DNA of 64,000 nt from Planctomycetota bacterium (GCA_043801445.1 JAZDMB010000030.1:78178-142177), one strand, 5' to 3'; shown: positions 29,053 through 41,246, numbered from the stretch's first letter. A program made the numbers and translations. Notes: a model not told the origin generated them from the sequence alone.

Positions 29053-31835
29053 TTGAATATATCCAGAATCGGTAATGGTTTTATTTCAGCCTTGGGGTCA
29101 CTGAATGTACCTTCTACTTTGATTGTATAAATATTCTTCAAGAAGAATTCTTTAATCTGTTCAAATACTGGAATTTTGGGAATAATTGATTTGGGGAATT
29201 GCGTATCAAACTGGATATCCAAAACACCATCCTCAAGTTTCATTTTGCCGGCGCCTTTTAATATGACATCTTTGCTGCTAAAAATTAGTCTTCTTATGTT
29301 CATTTCACCGTTATATATTGAGAATCGTATTTCACCTTCCTTGAATGTTGATTTTTCTTTGAAGGTAAAAAGGTTATAAATACTTAAGAATACAGGAACT
29401 TCCCATAATTGAGCGTTAATAATAGATGCTTTGCCCTGAACATTGAGTGCCTGTTTAGATACTCCCTTACCATTAAAAACTAATTCTGTTGAAAATTTGC
29501 CTGATATATCCTTACTACCAAGAGATGTATCACGTCTGAACTCTTTAATATCAATACCTACCAAATCTATTTTACCCTGATATTCGTATGCTTCTATGTC
29601 TTTAGTCAATGAAGTGGTGTTATTAGATGTAATGGTTTGCGTTAATTCCGGTAATGACACCATAAAGAATCCGGAGACAGCTCCATTATAAGAGTTACCC
29701 TTAATATCATAAAAACTAACATGATTCTTTTCCTGTAAAAATTGAACCGATAGGTTATTGATAAGTTTATTTTCTACTCTTATCTGTGAGATTTTTCCAG
29801 AGCCAGCCATATAATTTGTTGTTGTATTGTCATCAGGGTTCATCGCTAATGAATAACGTCCCTTGAGAATTAACGAACCGGTAATATTGTCGAAGTTAAT
29901 CCCGGTTTTAAATCCGCAATCCAATAATTTCAATTCGCCGGTGTAATTTAAACCGTACTGGGATTTTGAGGGTGATGAATCTTCGTTCCCATCAGTGGTA
30001 ATTTTTAGTGCAACATCTGTTTTTCCATAAAAATCTATTTGTTGAAGCAAATCCTTCAAGTTAGCAGGTATTATGGAGTAAAATCCCTTTTCACCAAAGA
30101 CAAGATTGGAAATTTTAATATCTAATACTATTTTAGGTTCTTCTTGAATATATGAATCAATAGGAGCTAAATTAAAGTTATCAATAGTTCCAATTATTTC
30201 AAAACGTGTTCCTTTATAAATCGCAGAAAGGTGACTGAACAAGACATGTGACTCTTGAGCAACACCGTAATTAGAGTAATATTCTATCTGTCCCTGAACC
30301 TGCGTAATCGGTAATGATGATGAGCCTATTTTAAGTGCTATATCGTTACATTGGACTATAGATTTAACATCTATTTTATGGTTGCTTGAAGATTTCTGAA
30401 GAGTGGTTCTAATATTTATGGTTCCTTCAGGCTGAGATTTGCTCCAAAATTTATCTATATCAGGTATAATTTTTTTTGTTGCCTCTCTCAAGGTATAGTC
30501 ATTAATCTCAATATTTTTGGCGTCTATCGAAACAGAAAGATTTTCAACTTGGCCGGTTGCATTAATAGAAATATCTCCTTCTGTCTTGATTTCTCCACTA
30601 TTACGAGATGCGGAAATATATTTGATTTTTATGGATTGATCTAAGATTTCTATTTCTCCGCTTGCATTAGTAATATGGTAGGGGAAAAAAGAGGGAGTGA
30701 ATTCAACCGATCGACAATATAATTTTATATTGTACTGAATATTCTGATTCATACCAGAACGTTTAGAAATTAAAGACTCCGCATCCACTAAACCACCCGG
30801 CTTTAAATCATTCCAGATATTCCGCATATGAGAAGGTATGGCATTATAGAGTTTATTATCTAATGACATATTAGATATCTTCAACATTAGATTTAATCCG
30901 TCAGATTCTTCATAACCCTCCAGATAACCATTGGCAACGATAATGGTGGAGCCATTTGTTCCTTTTAAATTCTTGATATGAACTTCTGATGGTGTAAATT
31001 CAATCTGTCCATTAATTCCGGACAAGGTATAAGGAAATCCTTTAAAAGTCATAGCGTTTTCCTGACAATCCATTTGAATTTTCATATCAAGAGGCTGGTT
31101 ATTGCCAGCTTTAAAAAAAACGTTTAGATTTACTTTGCCATGTGGTTGGAAACGGTGCCAGATAGTATAATATTTCTCACTTAAACGTGCTGCCAGATAA
31201 TCTCCGATATCTGTATTCTGAGAAATGAGATTGACCTGCATATTGGTTGTTTGAGTATCTAATTCGCCTTGTATTCCCCATCCGCCTAATTCTAAGCCAT
31301 CAAAACCGCCTTCTATACGATAACGCCCATTAACAAGAGGATAGAAATGAATATTTACATCCTTGAGTTTTAGAGTAGTATCTGATTTTAAAAAGGTATG
31401 ATGAACAAATGCTACCGAAGCATTTTTTACAATGATTATCGGTGCTGGGGCATTTCCAGAAGTATTTAATCTTAAATGAGGTGTCTCATTATTAATCAAA
31501 TATATCTCCGGACTATAAAAAATTACTTTATCTATGACAAATTGACCTTTTATTAATTTGGTCTGATCATAAGTAATCCTAACTGTTTTTACTTTAAGAA
31601 AATCATAGCCTTTATCGGTTATGGGTAACCTGATATCAGAAATCTTTATACCCCGCCAGAAATTGAAACTGATTGACCCGACAGAAAATTTCTCGCCAAA
31701 AAGATTGTATAAAGTTGATTCAACATTAGATGGAGTTATTAAAGATGAGGAGATTATTCTTATGTTTATCGCGACGAGAATCAACAATAAGGCAACGATA
31801 AAAAAGAAAACGCTAATTGTACGATACTTGAGCAT
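29049..31835 (-). CDS. AsmA/TamB-like large membrane-anchored protein
   Basis: 928 aa. Single N-terminal TM helix followed by a long beta-rich region. Architecture and operon context (overlap with ispH) are AsmA-family-like. No catalytic motif. Confidence 0.45.
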   Translation of the reverse strand: MLKYRTISVFFFIVALLLILVAINIRIISSSLITPSNVESTLYNLFGEKFSVGSISFNFWRGIKISDIRLPITDKGYDFLKVKTVRITYDQTKLIKGQFVIDKVIFYSPEIYLINNETPHLRLNTSGNAPAPIIIVKNASVAFVHHTFLKSDTTLKLKDVNIHFYPLVNGRYRIEGGFDGLELGGWGIQGELDTQTTNMQVNLISQNTDIGDYLAARLSEKYYTIWHRFQPHGKVNLNVFFKAGNNQPLDMKIQMDCQENAMTFKGFPYTLSGINGQIEFTPSEVHIKNLKGTNGSTIIVANGYLEGYEESDGLNLMLKISNMSLDNKLYNAIPSHMRNIWNDLKPGGLVDAESLISKRSGMNQNIQYNIKLYCRSVEFTPSFFPYHITNASGEIEILDQSIKIKYISASRNSGEIKTEGDISINATGQVENLSVSIDAKNIEINDYTLREATKKIIPDIDKFWSKSQPEGTINIRTTLQKSSSNHKIDVKSIVQCNDIALKIGSSSLPITQVQGQIEYYSNYGVAQESHVLFSHLSAIYKGTRFEIIGTIDNFNLAPIDSYIQEEPKIVLDIKISNLVFGEKGFYSIIPANLKDLLQQIDFYGKTDVALKITTDGNEDSSPSKSQYGLNYTGELKLLDCGFKTGINFDNITGSLILKGRYSLAMNPDDNTTTNYMAGSGKISQIRVENKLINNLSVQFLQEKNHVSFYDIKGNSYNGAVSGFFMVSLPELTQTITSNNTTSLTKDIEAYEYQGKIDLVGIDIKEFRRDTSLGSKDISGKFSTELVFNGKGVSKQALNVQGKASIINAQLWEVPVFLSIYNLFTFKEKSTFKEGEIRFSIYNGEMNIRRLIFSSKDVILKGAGKMKLEDGVLDIQFDTQFPKSIIPKIPVFEQIKEFFLKNIYTIKVEGTFSDPKAEIKPLPILDIFK

Positions 31836-32175
31836 GTTTTTTAGTTCTTCAGTTAAAATAGAAACAATTCCTTAATAATATAACTTATAAAGTTTGAAGT
31901 CAATGTTTTTGGCTTGCCAAAATTACTATGTGTCTGATGAATAAAACTATCAGTCAAAATTATAGGGTTTTAGTAAGAGGACAATAAGATATATGTTTAA
32001 AGCGCGTTGAATTCTCTTTATCCCTGATCGCCGAGAAGTAATGCTACGGCTGGAAAATGCCGCCATGTTTCTGATGCATATTGTAATCGAACGGAATACG
32101 TGCCAGTTGTATCACGAGTCTGTTTCATTCGGCCTTCCAGCAACAGTTCAAGCAAGTCTGTAGAATGGATTATAA

Positions 32176-32688
32176 TTACATCCTATGGGTATGACAGATA
32201 GCAATTGCCAGAGCATCTGAGATGTCATAAGGTTTGGGTATTGTATCTAAAGATAAAAGGTGTTTAACCATTTCAGCCACCTGGCTTTTATCAGCCCGTC
32301 CGTTGCCGGTGACACTCTTTTTCACTTCTGCAGGGCTATATTCATAGACAGGCGTTTTGGTTATAGCTGCAACGAGTAATGCGATGCCCCTTGCCTCGCC
32401 TATTTTTATGGTTGCTTGCACGTCTTGAGAATAAAATACTGTTTCTATGGCTATTTCATCAGGTTTGTGTTGTTTGATTATCTTGAATAGCTCTTGATAA
32501 CTGATGAGCAAACGGGATGCCAGATTACTAACATCAGATATTAACTTAAAATTCTTAATTTGAGATGTGGAATTTTTAACTGAAGTTTTGATTGCTCCAC
32601 AAGTAATAATTTTTAAGTTAGATTTCTCTGATTGAATAATTCCATAACCGATTATTAGCGTGCCAGGATCAATACCTAATATAATCAT
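32176..32688 (-). CDS. ruvC: crossover junction endodeoxyribonuclease RuvC
   Basis: 'MIILGIDPGTLIIGYGII' N-terminus and ~165 aa size are characteristic of RuvC. Confidence 0.85.
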   Translation of the reverse strand: MIILGIDPGTLIIGYGIIQSEKSNLKIITCGAIKTSVKNSTSQIKNFKLISDVSNLASRLLISYQELFKIIKQHKPDEIAIETVFYSQDVQATIKIGEARGIALLVAAITKTPVYEYSPAEVKKSVTGNGRADKSQVAEMVKHLLSLDTIPKPYDISDALAIAICHTHRM

Positions 32689-32691
32689 ATT

Positions 32692-33543
32692 TTACTCGGA
32701 AGATAATACTTCGCAAATTCGATCCAATCTAAATTGGCGGATTTCATCAGCTTGATGGCAATGTGCTGCCACATATGTACTGCCACGAAATGAAAATATA
32801 TTAAAAGGCGTTATCCATCTTTGAGATTCTTCGCCTTTATTATTGCGGTAGGTTATTTCAATCGGTATAGATTGTTCCATTGCTTTTTTTAAGATTATTT
32901 TGTCAGGTGGTATTTCTATTTTATCAAATATATAATCATTAAACTTTAATCCACCAGTAGAACGAAGAGCAATATCATTTATAGTCATTTTGGAATCTAA
33001 TCGATCAAGACACATCTTATAAAGTTTCATAACTACATACGAATCAGCCAGAGCGCGGTGATATCCGGATTGCTCATTGCTGCCTACAAATGCTTCGACG
33101 GGCGGACAGGCAATATTCAGATATTTGCCCAGAGTTGATAATTTATGATTTTCTACATCTTTGAAGCATATTCTCGCTAATTCACAGGTATCAATCAAAA
33201 GATTAGAAGGTGACTTGATTTTATAAAGAGCCGCTGATGCCATCAGAAAACTGACGTCAAATGATATATTATGTGCAATCAAAGGATTGTTATTGATAAA
33301 CTCTAAAAATTTAGATAATGCTTCTCTTTCAGACGGTGCATTTTTTACCATTTCGTCGGTAATGCCGTGTATTTCTATGACTTCCTGCGGAATAGAAATT
33401 GCCGGATTAATAAAGGTTTGAAAAGTATTAATAATTTCAGTATCCTTTTCAAGATTAAAACAAACAGCACCGATTTCTATTATCTTATCCTTAATCGGAT
33501 ATAAGCCCGTGGTCTCAAAATCAAATGCTACAATATTGGTCAT
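32692..33543 (-). CDS. DnaQ-like 3'-5' exonuclease (DEDDh family) with C-terminal extension
   Basis: Exo I motif 'IVAFDFETTGL', Exo II 'AHNISFDVSFL', Exo III 'YHRALADSY'. Confidence 0.7.
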   Translation of the reverse strand: MTNIVAFDFETTGLYPIKDKIIEIGAVCFNLEKDTEIINTFQTFINPAISIPQEVIEIHGITDEMVKNAPSEREALSKFLEFINNNPLIAHNISFDVSFLMASAALYKIKSPSNLLIDTCELARICFKDVENHKLSTLGKYLNIACPPVEAFVGSNEQSGYHRALADSYVVMKLYKMCLDRLDSKMTINDIALRSTGGLKFNDYIFDKIEIPPDKIILKKAMEQSIPIEITYRNNKGEESQRWITPFNIFSFRGSTYVAAHCHQADEIRQFRLDRICEVLSSE

Positions 33544-33755
33544 ATATTTAGTTTTTGGTTATTAGCGATGGCTAAATAGCGCAGTAAAACCAGAAATTAT
33601 ATAATTTTGTAATATAATCCTGCTAATTTAAGTATGTCAAATAAAAGAGGGTAAATAGTTGACAATGTTAATAATTAATTATTAATATACTGAGTATTAT
33701 CATTATTAAACCCGCCTGACCAGTCGGGGATGCAACTTGAAAGAGGAGGTATTTC

Positions 33756-34511
33756 GTGAATATCATTACCTGCATAAAAAGAGTTCCCTCTACTGAAACA
33801 AATGTTAGAATTGGTAGTGACGGTAAATCATTGGAACAGACCGGAGTTGAATATATTTTGAGCCCTTTTGATGAGATAGCTTTGGAAGAAGCTTTACGCA
33901 TAAAAGAAAAATTAGGAAAAGGAGAAGTTATTGCTATTACTGTTGGTCCAGCAGAGGCATCTACCACTTTAAGGACTTGTTTAGCCATGGGTGCTGATAA
34001 AGCAATCCACATTAAAGACAACGATGCATATAAAAAAGACCCTTTCGCTATTGCATCAATTTTAGCTTCTATTATCCAAACAATCCCATATAATTTAATA
34101 CTTTGTGGCAAACAAGCGGTTGATGATGATAATTCTCAGACCGGTGCAATATTATCACGGCTATTAAATATACCATTTGTTAGCCTGATTACCAAACTTG
34201 AAATTGCCGAACAAAAAGTTACGGTGCACCGCGAGATTGGAAATGGTTATGAAGTATTAGAGGTGTCTTTACCAGCCGTATTAACCGCACAAAAAGGTCT
34301 GAATGAGCCGCGTTACCCTTCACTTAAGGGAATTATGTCCGCCAAGAAAAAACCGTTCGAGGAAAAATCAGTTAATTTTGAAGCTTTATCGATAGAGACA
34401 ATAAAAATGGAATATACGCCCAGCCGCCCAGCTGGACGAGTTGTCGGAAAGGGTATTGAGGTTGTTCCTGAACTTGTTAAGTTGCTCCGCGATGAAGCAA
34501 AGGTTATTTAA
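33756..34511 (+). CDS. etfB: electron transfer flavoprotein beta subunit
   Basis: 'NIITCIKRVPSTE' and 'ILCGKQAVDDDNSQTG' match EtfB. GTG start with RBS 'GAGGAGG'. Confidence 0.8.
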   Translation: MNIITCIKRVPSTETNVRIGSDGKSLEQTGVEYILSPFDEIALEEALRIKEKLGKGEVIAITVGPAEASTTLRTCLAMGADKAIHIKDNDAYKKDPFAIASILASIIQTIPYNLILCGKQAVDDDNSQTGAILSRLLNIPFVSLITKLEIAEQKVTVHREIGNGYEVLEVSLPAVLTAQKGLNEPRYPSLKGIMSAKKKPFEEKSVNFEALSIETIKMEYTPSRPAGRVVGKGIEVVPELVKLLRDEAKVI

Positions 34512-34561
34512 TAAAAAGAGAAATTACATAAACCGAAACAGATGTTAAAGGATTATATAAT

Positions 34562-35533
34562 ATGCAGCCAATATTAGTTTTTATAGAATCTACAGATAAT
34601 CAATTAAAAAAAACATCACTAGAAACACTTTCTGAGGCTAAAAGACTCAATGAAATACTCAAGACGGAAATAGTAGGTTTTATTGTTGGTGATAATGTCA
34701 GTTCTTTAACTAATGAAATTGCATCTTATGGGGCAAATAAGATAATTATAGCGGAAGGCGCTGATTCCACGAACTATATCCTGGCTAACTATACTAAAGC
34801 CATTCTGAGTGCAATAAATAAAATTAATCCTATGGCCATATTACTTTCAGCTACGCCTGTGGGCAAGGATTTAGCCGCCAATATTGCTGCGGAATTGAAA
34901 TCATCAGTAATTCAAGATAGTATCTTTCTTTCCTACGAAAATGGTTCTTTCGTTGCCAAAAGACCAGTCTATGCTGGTAAGGCTATTATTACGGTTAAGT
35001 CACTGAAATCTCCGGCTATAATTACACTTAGACCCAAAGTTTTTCCATTAGGTTTACCTAAAGACCAAACTGTTCAAATTGAAAAAATACAGGTTAATAT
35101 TTCACCTGACGACCAACGTGTAAAACTGAAAGAAACTGTAATGAGTGGTCAGAAGAAGATAGAATTAACCGAGGCTGATATTATTGTGTCTGGTGGACGA
35201 GGCATGAAAGGAACGGAAAACTTCAAGATAATAGAAGAATTAGCGCAGACACTTAATGCAGCAGTTGGGGCATCAAGAGCTGCAGTTGATTCAGGCTGGA
35301 GGCCTCATACTGACCAGGTTGGCCAGACCGGCAAAACCGTTTGTCCAACACTTTATATTGCATGTGGTATTTCTGGTGCTATTCAGCATCTGGCTGGGAT
35401 GTCATCATCAAAATGTATTGTTGCTATAAATAAAGACCCAGACGCACCTATTTTCAAAGTAGCTAATTATGGTGTAATAGGCGATTTGTTTGAAGTAGTG
35501 CCAGCACTATGCCATGAACTCAAGAAAAGTTAG
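34562..35533 (+). CDS. etfA: electron transfer flavoprotein alpha subunit
   Basis: C-terminal FAD-binding '[11 protein letters not shown]...[17 protein letters not shown]' signature of EtfA. Confidence 0.8.
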   Translation: MQPILVFIESTDNQLKKTSLETLSEAKRLNEILKTEIVGFIVGDNVSSLTNEIASYGANKIIIAEGADSTNYILANYTKAILSAINKINPMAILLSATPVGKDLAANIAAELKSSVIQDSIFLSYENGSFVAKRPVYAGKAIITVKSLKSPAIITLRPKVFPLGLPKDQTVQIEKIQVNISPDDQRVKLKETVMSGQKKIELTEADIIVSGGRGMKGTENFKIIEELAQTLNAAVGASRAAVDSGWRPHTDQVGQTGKTVCPTLYIACGISGAIQHLAGMSSSKCIVAINKDPDAPIFKVANYGVIGDLFEVVPALCHELKKS

Positions 35534-35685
35534 TCCTGTAATTGCTGTTTGCAGCGGATAGGCTTTGCGGTAAAAAATATTACGATTTTTCTTGAAAAAT
35601 ATAAAATTGGTTGTAAAGTGAATAGTTTTTAGTAAGTACATAATTTCTGAAAGGACAATAAGATATTTTTATAGATAGAGAGGTA

Positions 35686-37479
35686 ATGGACCATTTTATT
35701 CCCCATTCACAGATAGTTGAAATTCAGAAAGCTATAGATATAGTCGAGTTGATTTCCGATTATATCCCGCTGAAAAAAACTGGGGCGAATTATCGAACAC
35801 TTTGTCCATTCCATGAGGAAAAAACCGCATCTTTTACAGTCAATCCGAATAAACAAATCTTTCACTGCTTTGGTTGCCACAAAGGCGGGAATGTTTTTTC
35901 ATTTATCATGGCATACGAAAAAGTGGGGTTCCCCGAAGCCGTGAAAATGTTGGCTGAACGCAGCGGTATAAAATTAGCAACAGCTCAACCGCGGGATGAC
36001 GTCACTCGTGAAAAAAGGGCGGAATTCTTAAAAACAAATCGGTTAGTCACAAATTATTATCACCGCTGTTTATTGCAATCGCAAGAAGCCGATATAGCCA
36101 GAACTTATCTTGTTAAAAGAGGATTCACACAAGCAATGATTTCTCGTTTTCTTTTAGGTTATGCACTTCCCGGGTGGAATAATTTAATCGATTATGCAAA
36201 GAATAATAATATATCATTGAAATATCTGGAAGAATTAGGGTTAATCCTGCCGCGTAAAGAAAAGAATGGTTATTATGACCGTTTCCGCAATCGTTTGATG
36301 TTTCCTATTTTTAATCCTCGCGGTGGGGTGGTAGGATTTGGGGGCAGAGTTCTTGATAATAGCGAGCCGGTTTATCTTAATTCACCGGAGAGTATTCTTT
36401 TTTATAAAGGCAAATCACTATATGGGCTCAATTTTATTAAAGAATCATGTCAAAAGGAAGGTAAACTTTGCCTAGTGGAGGGATATACTGATGTAATTAT
36501 GGCGCACCAATGCGGTTTTGAATGGGTGGTCGGAACACTCGGAACGGCATTAACAACAGACCATATAAAATCTATCAGACGCTTTGTCAACAAGGTCATT
36601 ATTGTCTATGACGCTGATGTGGCAGGTGAAACAGCATCGGCTCGTTCGTTAGATTTATTCCTGACTGAAGAGATGAATCTTTTTATTGCCCGTCTGCCTG
36701 ATGGATTAGATCCTTATGATTGTCTCAGAAGCAAAGATGGTGCAAAGATATTCCAAAAGTGTCTTGATGATGCCGTAGACTTATTTACTTATAGACTTGA
36801 TTTAATCCGTCGTAAATATGACCTTAATAATATAGAAGATAAAACCAAGGCAGTAGATGAAATTTCAGAAACAATTCATGCGATTCCTAATGTGGTAAAA
36901 CGAAATTTATATATTAAGCAATTAAGCGAATCAATGAATATTTCCGAGGATATATTACGACACCGCTTTAAGATGATAGAGAAAAGAAATCCATCTAATT
37001 CTAAAACCAATTCAGCTTCTTCATTTTTCAAACCCACTATCTCCTTACAGGATAAAGATGTTAAAGCAGGCGATGAGCTTATAGAATTAATGTTAATAAA
37101 GAATGAATTTATACCGATAATAAAAGATTCGCTTGAATTGGAAGATTATCCCACTTTAATCATTAGACAATTAGCCGAAAAAATATTCGAGAATTATGAG
37201 CAAGAAGGTCAGGTTAGCGTGGAAGGCATTTTAAACTATGTAGCGGATAATCTTGAATTATCAAGTGCAATTGTTAGAATCTCGCAGAAGGAATCTGTGA
37301 TAGATTGCGACAAACATCTACCCGATTTATTGTTCTATATTAATAAGCGCCGGGGGCAAATGAGAGAAAATCCTCTTCTGAAACAACAACTTAAAGATGC
37401 CAACCTGAAAAGTGATGACAAATCAATAAATCGGTTACTTAAAAAATTAGAGGAGATGAAAATAGCAGGTTCTAAATAA
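35686..37479 (+). CDS. dnaG: DNA primase
   Basis: Zinc ribbon '[15 protein letters not shown]...[12 protein letters not shown]', TOPRIM 'EGYTDVI', '[10 protein letters not shown]'. Confidence 0.9.
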   Translation: MDHFIPHSQIVEIQKAIDIVELISDYIPLKKTGANYRTLCPFHEEKTASFTVNPNKQIFHCFGCHKGGNVFSFIMAYEKVGFPEAVKMLAERSGIKLATAQPRDDVTREKRAEFLKTNRLVTNYYHRCLLQSQEADIARTYLVKRGFTQAMISRFLLGYALPGWNNLIDYAKNNNISLKYLEELGLILPRKEKNGYYDRFRNRLMFPIFNPRGGVVGFGGRVLDNSEPVYLNSPESILFYKGKSLYGLNFIKESCQKEGKLCLVEGYTDVIMAHQCGFEWVVGTLGTALTTDHIKSIRRFVNKVIIVYDADVAGETASARSLDLFLTEEMNLFIARLPDGLDPYDCLRSKDGAKIFQKCLDDAVDLFTYRLDLIRRKYDLNNIEDKTKAVDEISETIHAIPNVVKRNLYIKQLSESMNISEDILRHRFKMIEKRNPSNSKTNSASSFFKPTISLQDKDVKAGDELIELMLIKNEFIPIIKDSLELEDYPTLIIRQLAEKIFENYEQEGQVSVEGILNYVADNLELSSAIVRISQKESVIDCDKHLPDLLFYINKRRGQMRENPLLKQQLKDANLKSDDKSINRLLKKLEEMKIAGSK

Positions 37480-37505
37480 GACCATTTATAAAATATAATC
37501 ATATA

Positions 37506-39155
37506 ATGAAAAAATTAAGTAAAGCATTAAAACTGTTGGTGGAAGAAGGCAAACGGAAGGGTAAGCTGACATATGATGAAATCAATAAAGTTCTGCCGTC
37601 AGAAACAACCTTTCCCGAAGAACTTGATAAGCTATTAGTTCTTCTGTCTGATTTAGGTATTGAATTGGTTGAGGAAGAAGCGACTGCCGAAACTCAAGAA
37701 ACCGAGAAAGAAGAACGAGAGGGACATGAGGAACAAGAAGAGCCGGAGTTGAAGCCGGAAGTAGAAAAGGAGAAATTAGACGACCCGGTCCGGATGTACC
37801 TCAAACAGATGGCGGAGATACCGTTACTTTCCCGCACCGATGAATTAATGCTGGCAAAAAAGATTGAACAAGCCCGTCATCGCTTCCGTGAGAAAGTGGA
37901 AGAATCACCCGTGGCGGTATTGGAATCCATTAATTTATTGGAAGATGTCCGTAATGGTAATATTGCTCTTGACCGTACTTTGCGAGGTGACAGTGAGATA
38001 GACTTAAGCAAACGCAAGATAATCCGTCATTTACCCCGTATCATCAGTCAGCTCAAACGATTATTAAATAACAATAAAGACGATTATATAAATCTTACGA
38101 CCAATAAGCTCACATCTAAAATTAGGGATAAAATTAAACGTAAAGTTGCATCCAGACAAAAGAAATGGATTGGTATTTTAGAATCTCTTAATATACAGGT
38201 GCGAAGAATCAAACCAATTGCCAACCGCTTGAAAGACATTTATAAACAATGGAACCTGGCTGACAAAGAAATGTTATCTCTGCGGAAGAAACCAGCAAAT
38301 CGTCTGAGACGAAAGGAATTAGAAAGTAAATTTTCAGATTTTAAATTACTTCTGATGGAAGAATTTTTGACTTTAAAGACCAGAGTAAAAGAACTTGAAC
38401 GAAGGTATAATGAATATGAAAAATATAAACGCAGACTTTCGGCGAGTAATTTGAGACTAGTAGTAAGTATTGCCAAGCAATATCGTAATCGTGGCATGGG
38501 CTTTTTGGATCTGGTCCAGGAAGGTAACACGGGTTTAATGCGGGCCGTTGAAAAATACGACTACACACGCGGATATCGGTTTTCGACTTATGCAACCTGC
38601 TGGATTCGACAGGCGATTACTAGGGCTATTGCAGACCAATCACGGACCATAAGAATACCGGTTCATATGGTCGAAACCATGAGAAGGCTTAAGTCAGCTG
38701 CCAAAGAAATCATGCAGGACAAAGGAAGGAAACCGGCAATTGAAGAAATTGCCATACTCTCTGATGTGCCACTTGATGAGGCAAAAAGAATTTATCGGAT
38801 AATCAGACAGCCGGTTTCTATCGACCGCCCCGTTAAAAGCGGAGAAGACGCAGAATTCAGCGATTTTATTGAGGATACCTCCGTTCAATCACCGGTTAAG
38901 CTTGCGACACATGAAATGCTCAGGGAAAAACTTAGAATAGTTCTTCATTCTTTACCTTTCCGCGAACGAGAAATTGTCAAGCTCAGATACGGCATCGGTG
39001 CCGGCTATTCATATACTCTGGAAGAAATCGGTAAAATATTTAAAATTACCAGGGAAAGAGTCAGACAGATTGAAGAAAAAGCTCTGAAAAAATTAAGACA
39101 TCCCACAAAAATCAGAAAACTAGAAAGTTTTATGGAAGGGGTTAAGAAAATTTAA
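37506..39155 (+). CDS. rpoD: RNA polymerase primary sigma factor (sigma-70)
   Basis: Region 1.1 acidic stretch; region 2 '[54 protein letters not shown]'; region 4 '[30 protein letters not shown]'. Follows dnaG. Confidence 0.9.
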   Translation: MKKLSKALKLLVEEGKRKGKLTYDEINKVLPSETTFPEELDKLLVLLSDLGIELVEEEATAETQETEKEEREGHEEQEEPELKPEVEKEKLDDPVRMYLKQMAEIPLLSRTDELMLAKKIEQARHRFREKVEESPVAVLESINLLEDVRNGNIALDRTLRGDSEIDLSKRKIIRHLPRIISQLKRLLNNNKDDYINLTTNKLTSKIRDKIKRKVASRQKKWIGILESLNIQVRRIKPIANRLKDIYKQWNLADKEMLSLRKKPANRLRRKELESKFSDFKLLLMEEFLTLKTRVKELERRYNEYEKYKRRLSASNLRLVVSIAKQYRNRGMGFLDLVQEGNTGLMRAVEKYDYTRGYRFSTYATCWIRQAITRAIADQSRTIRIPVHMVETMRRLKSAAKEIMQDKGRKPAIEEIAILSDVPLDEAKRIYRIIRQPVSIDRPVKSGEDAEFSDFIEDTSVQSPVKLATHEMLREKLRIVLHSLPFREREIVKLRYGIGAGYSYTLEEIGKIFKITRERVRQIEEKALKKLRHPTKIRKLESFMEGVKKI

Positions 39156-39893
39156 ATGAACAATCAAATTATTGAAAGACTCAAGGAACTGCAGGAAATC
39201 GATCTGAAAATAAATCGGCTGAATAAAATATGCGTTGAAAAATCGGATTCGATTGATGGAAAGCGGGAAGACATCAGAACGTTACAGCAAATAATCAAAG
39301 AGAAAAAGGATAAGGCCAAACAATTAAAAATAGAAATAGACAAAAAGGATTTGGACCTGAAGTGCAATGAGGAAAAGGCTAATAAATTAACTATCCAGTT
39401 AAACACGGTTCGCACCAATAAAGAATACTCGATTATTACCAATGAAATCAAAGCAGTCAAGGCCGATAATGATGTGATAGAGGATGTCCTTTTGAATTTC
39501 TTCAACCAGAATGATATGATACAAAAAGACATTAAAGAATTGGAAACCAAAATAAAAGAAAAGAATGATGAGATAAATGCCTTGACGGCTGTGATTAATG
39601 ATGAAATCAGCCAGATTAAAAAGGAAATAGATAATAATTGCCAAATCCGCAACAAGAATTCGGAAGAAATAGACAGTGAAGCATTGAATAAATATGAAAA
39701 AATCATGAATAGCAAACCGGATTTAACTGCGTTAGCCAAAGTAGTTGATTTTACCTGCGGGAGTTGTTATATGGATGTACCCCGGCAGCAGGTTAATGAA
39801 ATCCTGCGTGGTAAACAACTGATTTGCTGTAAGTCATGCTCACGAATTCTTTACCTTGATATTACTAATGGACTGCAGGAAAATAATGATTGA
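39156..39893 (+). CDS. coiled-coil protein with C-terminal C4 zinc ribbon (COG1579-like)
   Basis: Long heptad-rich region, then 'CGSCYMDVPRQQVNEILRGKQLICCKSCSRILY'. 1-nt gap after the rpoD stop. Confidence 0.55.
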   Translation: MNNQIIERLKELQEIDLKINRLNKICVEKSDSIDGKREDIRTLQQIIKEKKDKAKQLKIEIDKKDLDLKCNEEKANKLTIQLNTVRTNKEYSIITNEIKAVKADNDVIEDVLLNFFNQNDMIQKDIKELETKIKEKNDEINALTAVINDEISQIKKEIDNNCQIRNKNSEEIDSEALNKYEKIMNSKPDLTALAKVVDFTCGSCYMDVPRQQVNEILRGKQLICCKSCSRILYLDITNGLQENND

Positions 39894-39935
39894 ACTATGC
39901 CACATTATTTAATCGCTTCTGCATAGTTAACTAAA

Positions 39936-41246
39936 ATGGTAAAATTTTCTAACATTTTCAAATTATGGAACGTGGCCAAAGAAGAGGATGCAACAAAAGA
40001 TAAACAGGCAGAAAAGTCGCCTGATAGCAACCTGAAAATTCCGGCTGTCTCTCAGACCCGGGAAATGGAAATCAAAAACGATTCACCGGGTAAAAACATT
40101 CCTCAGAAATCAATAGAATCCATCAAGTATTCGGATATGACGCAAACATCAGCGTCGTCTCAAAAATCTCAAAATGAAGGTGCTGCTGTGAAAAGCGGTA
40201 TTGAAACTCCGGCGTTCAAAGATATTACGGCCGCCAAACTAAAAGAACCTGAAAACACAAACATCGCTTTTAAAAGAGAAGTGGTTACTTCTAATAAACC
40301 TGAGCAGCTTGATTCGGAAAAACCAAAGGAACAAGATAGTAAAAGTATGGCGGATGCTTTGTTGCTTTATGATAAATTATATACAATGAATCAATACACG
40401 CTTAATGTGATTAATAATAAGCTTCCGCTGACTTATATCAACATCAAGGAAATTGCACAGCTTCTTAAAGAAATAGTTGCTTCAATTCAGAATAATCCGG
40501 CTTTTATAGATTTAACTTATCGGGAATCAAAAGAAACCTATCTTGTTTCACACCAGGTTAATGTTACGTTAATATCAATGGTTATCGGATTTGAACTAGG
40601 TTATGACCGTATGCGTTTAGAAGATTTAAGCCTGGCTGCCTTTTTCCATGATATCGGTATGCAGGAATTACTTTTCCTGGTTGAGAAAAAGGAAAAATTA
40701 TCTGAATCCGAATATGAACGCGTTCGCAATCATATCGGAATCGGCATTAAGATTCTTCAGCAAATTCCTGAACTTCCATCTTTTGTAATAGACGTATGCT
40801 CCCAGCATCATGAACGCCTCGGCGGGTCGGGTCATCTCAGCTTAGAAGAAAGCATTATCCATGAACATGCCCAGATTATCGGATTGGTTGACACCTTTGA
40901 ATCATTAACACATAATCGCTCGTACCGGACGGCTAAGACGGTTCAGAATACATTAAGAGAATTGACTCAAATGACAGATACTGATTTCCCAAAAAAAGCG
41001 CTTAAAATATTGATTAGGAAAATCGGTATATATCCGGTCGGCACATTTGTCTTGCTTAATACCCAGGAAGTTGCCGAAGTCATCAAAATTAACGAAAAAT
41101 TCCCTTTAAGACCACTCGTCAAAATAGTTTACCAATCAGGTGATAAATTGATTTCATCAAAGACTCTTGATTTACTGGCTAATCAAACTTTCTATATTAC
41201 TGCCACCTTGACCAAAAAGGAAGCATTATCCCAAAGCCGTAACTGA
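39936..41246 (+). CDS. HD-domain phosphohydrolase (HD-GYP-like with degenerate GYP)
   Basis: 'FFHDIGM' (HD) ... 'HHERLGGSGH' where HD-GYP consensus is HHExxDGSGYP. K/S/E-rich low-complexity N-terminal ~150 aa. Confidence 0.6.
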   Translation: MVKFSNIFKLWNVAKEEDATKDKQAEKSPDSNLKIPAVSQTREMEIKNDSPGKNIPQKSIESIKYSDMTQTSASSQKSQNEGAAVKSGIETPAFKDITAAKLKEPENTNIAFKREVVTSNKPEQLDSEKPKEQDSKSMADALLLYDKLYTMNQYTLNVINNKLPLTYINIKEIAQLLKEIVASIQNNPAFIDLTYRESKETYLVSHQVNVTLISMVIGFELGYDRMRLEDLSLAAFFHDIGMQELLFLVEKKEKLSESEYERVRNHIGIGIKILQQIPELPSFVIDVCSQHHERLGGSGHLSLEESIIHEHAQIIGLVDTFESLTHNRSYRTAKTVQNTLRELTQMTDTDFPKKALKILIRKIGIYPVGTFVLLNTQEVAEVIKINEKFPLRPLVKIVYQSGDKLISSKTLDLLANQTFYITATLTKKEALSQSRN

